DNA of 6,051 nt from a virus, in the IMG/VR virus record IMGVR_UViG_3300020041_000002, positions 1 through 6,051 of that record. One strand, 5' to 3'. Numbering within the stretch: position 1 is the first letter of the stretch; each line of letters starts with the position of its first letter. The position numbers and the translations under genes are program-made. Shown piece by piece: positions 1-5,467 of the stretch. The notes under the pieces are model-generated. The model had not been told where the DNA came from. It did no database searches and saw nothing but the letters and a program-made list of their open reading frames with translations.

Positions 1-121
1 AAGGCTTTTTGGACACTCGTTTCTTCCATTATTGCCGCTTTGGCTGCCTTTTTCTTGTCCTCATGTTCCGCTCAGACTAGGGTTCAGCGTAGTGGTGTTC
101 ACATCGACACAGTACGTGTTG
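1..121. repeat. Terminal redundancy: exact copy of 5931-6051, the overlap of a circular contig (unit length 5,930 nt)
   Basis: Base-by-base comparison shows 1-121 identical to 5931-6051. An ORF reads continuously across the implied junction. Confidence 0.96.
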
Positions 122-159
122 ACTACATTATTCGCTCTAACAATTTAAATAACGTGTAG
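1..159 (+). CDS. 3' part of a small lipoprotein-like ORF that starts at 5898 on the circle (63 aa in total); partial here because of the window cut
   Basis: Frame 1 is open from base 1 to TAG at 157-159. It continues the frame of ATG 5898. The stop lies 1 nt before the VP2 ATG at 161. Joined translation: MSDTKTPFYKSKAFWTLVSSIIAALAAFFLSSCSAQTRVQRSGVHIDTVRVDYIIRSNNLNNV. Confidence 0.6.
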   Translation, partial: KAFWTLVSSIIAALAAFFLSSCSAQTRVQRSGVHIDTVRVDYIIRSNNLNNV

Positions 160-160
160 T

Positions 161-1408
161 ATGGCTACTCCCGCTGCCACATCTTTTGGTCAAGCTCTTG
201 GTCAATCCGCCGCCTCCTCGGGTGCAACCGGCTTAATCTCTGGTGCTCTTGGCCAGCTTTTCGGCGGCATGACCGCTCGTCGTCAATGGAAGTTTCAGCA
301 AAAACAGATGAAGCTTCAGCAAAAATATGCCCTCGAGCAAATGCAGAAGCAATCTGAACTTTCCTATGCTAACTGGCAAAAACAATTTGACTACGAAAAT
401 GCCTATAATGACCCCTCTAAGGTTTTTGATCGCTACTTGAAGGCTGGCGTAACACCTGCGGCCGTTTTAGGATCGTCGGGCGTTGGTGTTAATGCCACGA
501 TGTCTGGCGGCTCTGCTCCCATGCCTTCTGCTTCTGGTCCTTCCGGTGGTTCACCTGTTACCCCCGGCGGCTTTGCTCCTACCAGCCCCACCGCTATTGC
601 GGAGAGCATGGTTGCGCAATCTACGGTTGACCGCAATACTGCTGCTGCTAATCGAGACGATGCTGAAGCTGATCTTATGAGAGGCAATACTCATAGCGCT
701 GACTGGCGAAAGGAGATGGACAATCTGGAGAGGAAGGCTTTGGAATATCATATCAACAATGCCTCTGAGTTAATTCGCCTTAATCGCGCTTTGGCCGACA
801 TTCATGCCGCTGACGCCGAGTACGCAGATCTTATGGCTACATATAAGTTTCAAGACTTTGTCGCCATGTATGCGAAGCATGTTGAGGAAGCAAATCAGAT
901 CAAGAAATACAATGATAAATATTTCGATTCTGTTTACGCTGCCCAAATCGCCCGAGATTATGCCGCTGCCTACGAATCTGCCGCCTCTGGTGATGTCTTA
1001 GAAGTTGAGTCTGAAATACGTAAGGTAAACCTGGCTGATCTTCGTGAGTGGTTTAATCTCAATTGGGATTCAGAAGTTGATGTCCCCGAGGTTGATGGAA
1101 AAGGTAAGCCTACCGGTAAGACAACGAAAATGACAGGTCGTCAGATTCACCAGCAGCTTATGGGTCTCGCCGCCTCGGAAGGCCAGCAAGACCTTTCTGG
1201 TCGTTGGTTTCAAAATCGGTCCAGCAAGAACGCCTTTGGTTATGGTTTAGCGAGAACCGCCTTGCTTGGCGCCATGGCTATCGCCGGCACGGCTGTTACG
1301 AAGCGTCCTACCCCTGTCGATTACGATGAAAGTAGAGAAATCTACGGCAAAGATGGCAGATACGCTGGAACTACGAAGTCGTCCCGTCGTTATGTAAGAG
1401 AAAATTAA
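161..1408 (+). CDS. VP2: Microviridae VP2-type DNA pilot / minor capsid protein (415 aa)
   Basis: The layout is typical of VP2/H-like pilot proteins. There is a Gly/Ala/Ser-rich N-terminus, then a Q/K-rich coiled segment (RRQWKFQQKQMKLQQKYALEQMQKQ). That is followed by NAYNDPSKVFDRYLKAGVTPAAVLG, which resembles the conserved ...M.RLK.AGLNP... VP2 motif. A G/S/P low-complexity linker follows. ATG start, TAA stop at 1406-1408. Confidence 0.82.
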   Translation: MATPAATSFGQALGQSAASSGATGLISGALGQLFGGMTARRQWKFQQKQMKLQQKYALEQMQKQSELSYANWQKQFDYENAYNDPSKVFDRYLKAGVTPAAVLGSSGVGVNATMSGGSAPMPSASGPSGGSPVTPGGFAPTSPTAIAESMVAQSTVDRNTAAANRDDAEADLMRGNTHSADWRKEMDNLERKALEYHINNASELIRLNRALADIHAADAEYADLMATYKFQDFVAMYAKHVEEANQIKKYNDKYFDSVYAAQIARDYAAAYESAASGDVLEVESEIRKVNLADLREWFNLNWDSEVDVPEVDGKGKPTGKTTKMTGRQIHQQLMGLAASEGQQDLSGRWFQNRSSKNAFGYGLARTALLGAMAIAGTAVTKRPTPVDYDESREIYGKDGRYAGTTKSSRRYVREN

Positions 1409-1434
1409 CCAATTTTTTCGACTTTTTAACCTTT

Positions 1435-1462
1435 TTTGTTTGCTCTTTTTGTTTTATATTTG
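1435..1462 (+). promoter_or_regulatory. Candidate Bacteroidetes-type promoter: -33 TTTG (1435-1438) and -7 TAnnTTTG (TATATTTG, 1455-1462)
   Basis: The -7 element matches the Bacteroides sigma-ABfr consensus TAnnTTTG exactly. A TTTG starts 20 nt upstream. The site lies in the T-rich 80-nt gap between VP2 and ORF105, about 27 nt before ATG 1489. Confidence 0.4.
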
Positions 1463-1488
1463 CGTTGTAAACCAATAACCATGTTACC

Positions 1489-1806
1489 ATGAAAACAAAT
1501 AAAAAGTGTAGTTTCTCGGATTTACCCATTAATGTTGTCGAATACATGTTTACCGAATGGCTTGTCCGCCAAGGTTTATTTTCCGTGTATAAGGCGAATT
1601 ACGAAAAATTTTATCCAAATCATCGACCTTTTCGCGACAATTTGCGCGTTAAGATTCGCAGCCTATGCCGCTCGTCTATTCTTGGTGTCGAAAATCTCAT
1701 TTCTACGTCTTTCCCGTTTACCATGACTCCGGAAGGTTATAACTTTTGGTTAGATCGATCGAATCTTTGGCGGCAGTTTTGTAAAAAATTTAAGTCTATT
1801 CTCTAA
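1489..1806 (+). CDS. Hypothetical protein, 105 aa, no family recognised
   Basis: ATG-initiated ORF in the gene-sense strand directly downstream of the candidate promoter. Codon third positions are T/C-biased like the core genes. The next ORF starts 11 nt after its TAA. Confidence 0.6.
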   Translation: MKTNKKCSFSDLPINVVEYMFTEWLVRQGLFSVYKANYEKFYPNHRPFRDNLRVKIRSLCRSSILGVENLISTSFPFTMTPEGYNFWLDRSNLWRQFCKKFKSIL

Positions 1807-1817
1807 ATCGTATTATT

Positions 1818-2141
1818 ATGACACAAGTTCATGTTGTTATTCGTCGAGTTAATCCGGCCCTTAAAATCGACCTCGCCCAGGTAGGTCATCTCAAAGATGG
1901 TCGTTTTGAACCCCTTCCTTTTAGCGCCTTTAAGGATACCCCTATTGCGCGCTTTCTGAAGAGCTCTCACATTAGCGATTCGCTTTACGTCGATCATTCG
2001 GATGCTCTCCATCTTGTTGTTGCTTGTGGAGATATCCCCGGCTCCGCCGTCGATTTTTTCGACAATACGATGGTACTTACTTTTAATTCTGAACTCAACT
2101 ACGATGAAAGCACGACGAAAGAAGAAGGGACGAGGAACTAA
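1818..2141 (+). CDS. Hypothetical protein, 107 aa, no family recognised
   Basis: ATG start 11 nt after the ORF105 stop. T/C-ending codon bias matches VP1/VP2/VP4. The translation has globular-looking composition (VVIRRVNPALKIDLAQVGHLKDGRFEPLPFSAFKD...). TAA at 2139-2141. Confidence 0.5.
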   Translation: MTQVHVVIRRVNPALKIDLAQVGHLKDGRFEPLPFSAFKDTPIARFLKSSHISDSLYVDHSDALHLVVACGDIPGSAVDFFDNTMVLTFNSELNYDESTTKEEGTRN

Positions 2142-2390
2142 AGTAGTAACCCGCCCGCTTGGTGGAAAAGTTCTTTGACTGTAAGCTCTCGGGAGAGTTC
2201 TCCCTCTCCTGGGAGTTTTCGCCCATATATAGAATCGTGTGCCGTTAAGCGCGAGGCGAGTAATTGTTTCCGGACGCCGAAGATATCGCGGATGCGAGAT
2301 CGAGGCCGGAAACAGCGCAGCCCGCGTAGGCACACAGTTTTCGCGCTCGAAAGTACCGTCTTTCGAAGCGCAAAGTATTATTCTTTGATC
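2142..2390 (+). other. Structured, relatively GC-rich segment with no convincing coding capacity; candidate ssDNA complementary-strand origin, regulatory leader or ncRNA
   Basis: Hand count of 2181-2380 gives about 54% G+C, which looks higher than the flanking genes by eye. Hairpins read directly: GGGAG/CTCCC (2191-2195/2200-2204). GTTTCCGG/CCGGAAAC (2266-2273/2306-2313) encloses GATATCGC/GCGAGATC (2282-2289/2294-2301, one A.G mismatch, GGAT loop). An 11-bp stem with one bulge sits at 2343-2353/2360-2371. The frame-0 translation is low-complexity and Arg-rich. The only ATG in the segment is at 2292. Confidence 0.5.
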
Positions 2391-2591
2391 ATGGATATTT
2401 TTGATTTCCACCCCCGTTTTTCTCCTGTAATCAACAGTATTCCCTACCGTTTTTCTATTGGCGCTTACCGTGGCAAGAAACGCGTTGTTATTGCCTGGTT
2501 CGCCGAAGAAGAGCCTGCTATTAATTATCTCACTCGCTGTCGTCTTGACTATCCTTCTATCAAATTTGATTGTCTTAGGAGCTTTTTGTAA
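2391..2591 (+). CDS. Small hypothetical protein (66 aa from ATG 2391; 99 aa if ATG 2292 is used); its stop overlaps the VP4 start
   Basis: TAA at 2589-2591 shares its last A with the VP4 ATG (2591-2593), forming TAATG. That is the classic arrangement for translational coupling. The sequence from 2391 (MDIFDFHPRFSPVINSIPYRFSIGAYRGKKRVVIAWFAEEEPAINYL...) looks protein-like. The start codon is uncertain. Confidence 0.5.
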   Translation: MDIFDFHPRFSPVINSIPYRFSIGAYRGKKRVVIAWFAEEEPAINYLTRCRLDYPSIKFDCLRSFL

Positions 2592-3661
2592 TGCCTTGTC
2601 TCTCTCCCATATGGATTCGAAACCGTCGCTATTTCGACAAGAAGAACCCTTGTCGAGGTGGTTCTGATGTTGCAAAGTCTGCGCTTGCTCTTCGCCCTTG
2701 GGATGTCGCCCGACAATGGCTCATGGTCCCCTGTGGTAAGTGTGAGGAGTGTTTGCGTCGTCTGCGTAATGACTGGTTCGTTCGCTTGGAGCGAGAGTTA
2801 GCTCGTTGTAAGGCTGAATCCCGGCAGGCTATTTTTATTACAATTACTATCTCGCCCAAATATTACGATGAAGCGCTGCGTGATCCTTCCAAGTTTATCC
2901 GACGGTGGAATGAGAGAATTCGCCACAAGATTGGTCATTCTTTTAAACATGCCTTTTTCCAGGAGTTTGGCACCCACCCAGAAACAGGATCGGCCCCGCG
3001 CCTTCATTTTCACGGCTTTCTTTTTGGGACCGATTGTCTTTACAACGAGATCCGATCGGCCGTCCGTGATTTAGGCTTCGTTTGGCTCGCAAAAGGAACG
3101 CACAAACGTGCACGATATGTTGTTAAATACGTTACTAAGCAAATTTATTTTGACCCCACTGAAATATCTAACCAAAATGTCGTTTTAGATGGAAAGACTA
3201 CATCTTTATCTTGCCTCCTCCAACATCGCCGTTATACGCGAAAATTCGTATCTGCTGGCGTTGGTGATTTTCTTGGTTATATGCCTCGCCCTTCTACCCG
3301 TACTTCGACGTGGTCTTACTTTGATTTTGAGAAACGTGTCAATTATAACTACTCGATTCCTCGATATTATCTTAAGTACCTTAAACCGGAAGACGACGTT
3401 GCCCGCTCGATTGCCGCTGCTGACGCTTATTCACGTTTTAGCAAGTCTCCTCTGGTTAAACGTATTGTGTCTCTGTGTGTTGATCGGTTCTCCCTCAATT
3501 CCTCCGTATCCCGTAGAGCGTCATATTCGTGGGAGCAAAAGCAAATAATGCGTTTTTCTGCTTCTTCTCGCAAGATGCCAGAATTCGATCCTCCTACCTG
3601 GCTTGACCAGGATATTGTTCGATTTTGGCAAGACCACTACAAACTTCAACTAATTATTTAA
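2591..3661 (+). CDS. VP4: Microviridae VP4 rolling-circle replication initiator (HUH endonuclease superfamily), 356 aa
   Basis: The N-terminal MPCLSPIWIRN and the Cys cluster PCGKCEEC (2729-2752) are typical of VP4. RCR motif 1 is FITITI (2834-2851). Motif 2 is HFH in RLHFHGFLFG (3005-3013). Motif 3 is YVVKYVTK with the catalytic Tyr (3116-3139). An AGGAG at 2577-2581 lies 9 nt before the ATG. Confidence 0.93.
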   Translation: MPCLSPIWIRNRRYFDKKNPCRGGSDVAKSALALRPWDVARQWLMVPCGKCEECLRRLRNDWFVRLERELARCKAESRQAIFITITISPKYYDEALRDPSKFIRRWNERIRHKIGHSFKHAFFQEFGTHPETGSAPRLHFHGFLFGTDCLYNEIRSAVRDLGFVWLAKGTHKRARYVVKYVTKQIYFDPTEISNQNVVLDGKTTSLSCLLQHRRYTRKFVSAGVGDFLGYMPRPSTRTSTWSYFDFEKRVNYNYSIPRYYLKYLKPEDDVARSIAAADAYSRFSKSPLVKRIVSLCVDRFSLNSSVSRRASYSWEQKQIMRFSASSRKMPEFDPPTWLDQDIVRFWQDHYKLQLII

Positions 3662-3664
3662 TTT

Positions 3665-5455
3665 ATGGGAAAACAACCTTTTATTTCTCACGCCGTTAAT
3701 GGCTATTCTCGCTATGATGTTCCCGAGAGTAAGGCCTTTACGTGTACGCCAGGAATTTTGTATCCAGTGCGGATTGATTTTATTAACGCTCGAGACCGTG
3801 TGTCTATCGAGCAAGGTATTGATGTTCGTAGCAACCCGTTGGCTGTTCCGACATTTAATCCTTATACTATTCGCTTGCATCGTTTTTGGGTGCCACTTCA
3901 ACTTTATCATCCTGAGTTGAGGACGAATAGCAGTAAGTTCGACATGAATGAGTTGAGCTTGAACTTTGTTGCCGCCTCGTCAACTTCGTCCTATCCGTAC
4001 ACTACGAACAATTACCCTTACTCAAATTCACTGCTTCGTTGGTTGCGTGTCGTCCCCGCTTCTATTCCGTCGACAACTTCCAGTAATGTTCCCATGTCGG
4101 CCAACCTTTCGGCCGCTCAATTAGGATATCCCTTAGGTTGGTGTACCGCTGATTCTTATCTCGCCTATTGGGATATCGTTCGCAATTATTATGGCTATTC
4201 GCAGTGGGGTCTCTATTCCTTTGCTTGGCCCAGCAGCTGGTATCTCATACCCAACAGTACTGGTGCCGCATATAATGTCCTTCAGTTCAGTGACACTCAG
4301 TGCTTTTTTTCGCAAAGATTTGGAAATCTTGAATTCTTAGATGCTTATTTCGAGAGCCAATTCTACCCCTCAGTCGTACCATCGACGAATAATACATATA
4401 ATAGAGGAAATCTATTTTCTCAGATATTGCTTTCGGACCTTGGTGCCACGATTACTGCCTCTAAGGATGGCTATCCCGTTTCCTCTCTTTACCCTGGAAG
4501 TACTTCGTTGTCCTCCGCAGGTCCTGCTAATCAGTTTGCTAACGGTCCCAGTGATACAACCCTCACTCCGCTTGGCGCATTTCTCGTCGCTCACCCAATG
4601 GCTGTTATACCTTCGAATCCCGATCGTTATAGCCGTTTGCTTCCCGTTGGTAGCTCCGAAGGTGTTTCCATGACTGGCGTTTCGACTATACCGCAGTTAG
4701 CTATTGCTTCGCGACTTCAAGAGTACAAGGATTTGCTTGGTGCTGGCGGATCCCGTTATAGCGATTGGTTGGAGACTTTCTTTGCTTCAAAGATTGAACA
4801 CGTCGATAGACCTAAGTTGCTTTTTAGTGCTTCGCAGACTGTTAACGTGCAGATTATCATGAATCAAGCGGGACAGAATAATTTTTCCGGACCGAGCGTA
4901 AACGGCCCTCTTGGTCAGCAGGGTGGCGCTATCGCCTTCAACCAAACCCTTGGTCGTCGTCAGTCTTACTATTTTCGCGAGCCTGGCTATATGATTGATA
5001 TGCTGAGCATTCGCCCTGTTTATTATTGGGCAGGTGTTTACCCCGATTACCTTCATTATACCGGTCCCGATTATTTCAATCCGATTTATAATGATATTGG
5101 ATATCAAGACGTTCCTGGCTTCCAATTTGGCTTTGGGACCACGTCAACCGCTGAAACCGTGGCTTACGAGCCTTGTTTTAACGAGTTTCGCTCCTCCTAT
5201 GATGAAGTTCTTGGCCAGTTGTCTCGATTCCAGGGTGCTTCCGATGCCCTTCCTGTCTATTCTTATTGGGTTCAACAGCGCGTTTTGTCGGCGAGCTACA
5301 ATCAGTATTACTCCCTTCTGTTTGTAGATATCGCACAAGTAAATTCGCCTTTTGCTTCCAATAAAGAGGATAATTTCTTTATCAACCTCTCGTATTCTGT
5401 CCAGAAGAAGAATTTGGTTAATAAAACATTTGCAACCCGCCTGTCTAATCGTTAA
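3665..5455 (+). CDS. VP1: Microviridae major capsid protein VP1 (F-like jelly-roll), 596 aa
   Basis: Several blocks are conserved in gokusho/alpa-type VP1. They are PGILYPV...NARDRVSI...RSNPLAVPTF...HRFWVPLQLY near the N-terminus, AYWDIVRNYYG, PDRYSRLLP, and LAIASRLQEYKDLLGAGGSRYSDWLETFF...VDRPKLL. The C-terminal block is AYEPCFNEFRSSYDEVLGQL. The ATG lies 3 nt after the VP4 stop. Confidence 0.93.
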   Translation: MGKQPFISHAVNGYSRYDVPESKAFTCTPGILYPVRIDFINARDRVSIEQGIDVRSNPLAVPTFNPYTIRLHRFWVPLQLYHPELRTNSSKFDMNELSLNFVAASSTSSYPYTTNNYPYSNSLLRWLRVVPASIPSTTSSNVPMSANLSAAQLGYPLGWCTADSYLAYWDIVRNYYGYSQWGLYSFAWPSSWYLIPNSTGAAYNVLQFSDTQCFFSQRFGNLEFLDAYFESQFYPSVVPSTNNTYNRGNLFSQILLSDLGATITASKDGYPVSSLYPGSTSLSSAGPANQFANGPSDTTLTPLGAFLVAHPMAVIPSNPDRYSRLLPVGSSEGVSMTGVSTIPQLAIASRLQEYKDLLGAGGSRYSDWLETFFASKIEHVDRPKLLFSASQTVNVQIIMNQAGQNNFSGPSVNGPLGQQGGAIAFNQTLGRRQSYYFREPGYMIDMLSIRPVYYWAGVYPDYLHYTGPDYFNPIYNDIGYQDVPGFQFGFGTTSTAETVAYEPCFNEFRSSYDEVLGQLSRFQGASDALPVYSYWVQQRVLSASYNQYYSLLFVDIAQVNSPFASNKEDNFFINLSYSVQKKNLVNKTFATRLSNR

Positions 5456-5467
5456 TATATTGATCTT

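Noticed and set aside
1-121. The 121-nt direct terminal repeat considered as a biological terminal repeat, or as the ends of a mobile element or prophage.
   Set aside because: The gene content is a complete microvirus, and that family has circular genomes. An ORF reads seamlessly through the junction, and the repeat is exact. An assembly overlap of a circle is the simplest explanation.
2139-2141. A single TAA separates ORF107 from the downstream frame-0 ORF (TTG 2175 to 2591). This raised the idea of readthrough, a recoded stop, or one disrupted larger gene.
   Set aside because: TAA is the stop for VP2, ORF105, VP4 and VP1 in this genome, so reassignment is unlikely. The sequence just downstream translates to low-complexity, non-protein-like residues and forms stable hairpins. 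There is no obvious readthrough context.
2217-2245. TTTCGCCCATATATAGAATCGTGTGCC inspected as a dif-like XerC/XerD site. Bacteroidetes microvirus prophages have been proposed to integrate by Xer hijacking.
   Set aside because: Only a partial resemblance to the XerC arm (GCGCATAA versus GCCCATAT). There is no palindromic XerD arm (TTATG...) at the right spacing. I cannot support it from the sequence.
2613-2624. GGATTCGAAACC, which resembles the reverse complement of a tRNA T-loop (GGTTCGAATCC) and could hint at a tRNA-derived attP.
   Set aside because: It has an extra base relative to the consensus and has no flanking tRNA-like arms. It encodes W-I-R-N in the conserved VP4 N-terminus. This is most likely coincidence.
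1803-2675. A 290-codon open frame on the minus strand, by far the longest antisense ORF in the window. It spans ORF107, the structured island, the small ORF and the first 85 nt of VP4.
   Set aside because: It is codon-aligned antisense to + strand frame 0, which carries ORF107 and the small ORF. It stays open only because those codons happen to lack TTA, CTA and TCA. It begins with TTG, and the first ATG-encoded Met comes only about 75 codons before its end. Its composition (R/K/N/G-rich) is what T/C-ending sense codons give when read backwards. It would overlap the conserved VP4 N-terminus, and I know of no Microviridae with antisense genes. Its length is still a statistical outlier, so a synonymous-constraint test would settle it.
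209-3978. GCCGCCTC occurs four times on the + strand (209-216, 980-987, 1169-1176, 3971-3978). The 7-mer CCGCCTC occurs once more at 5730-5736.
   Set aside because: All copies are in frame as Ala-Ala-Ser (or Ser-Ala-Ser) codons within genes that share a strong codon bias. After allowing for post hoc choice among all 7/8-mers, my rough Poisson estimate is not significant.
433-5338. Other minus-strand ORFs of 60-112 aa (433-687, 551-751, 2138-2335, 2629-2859, 2798-3013, 3650-3910, 4133-4315, 4412-4594, 4787-5125, 5144-5338).
   Set aside because: All are antisense to well-supported + strand genes, are short, and have compositionally odd translations. The genome is otherwise strictly unidirectional, as expected for Microviridae.
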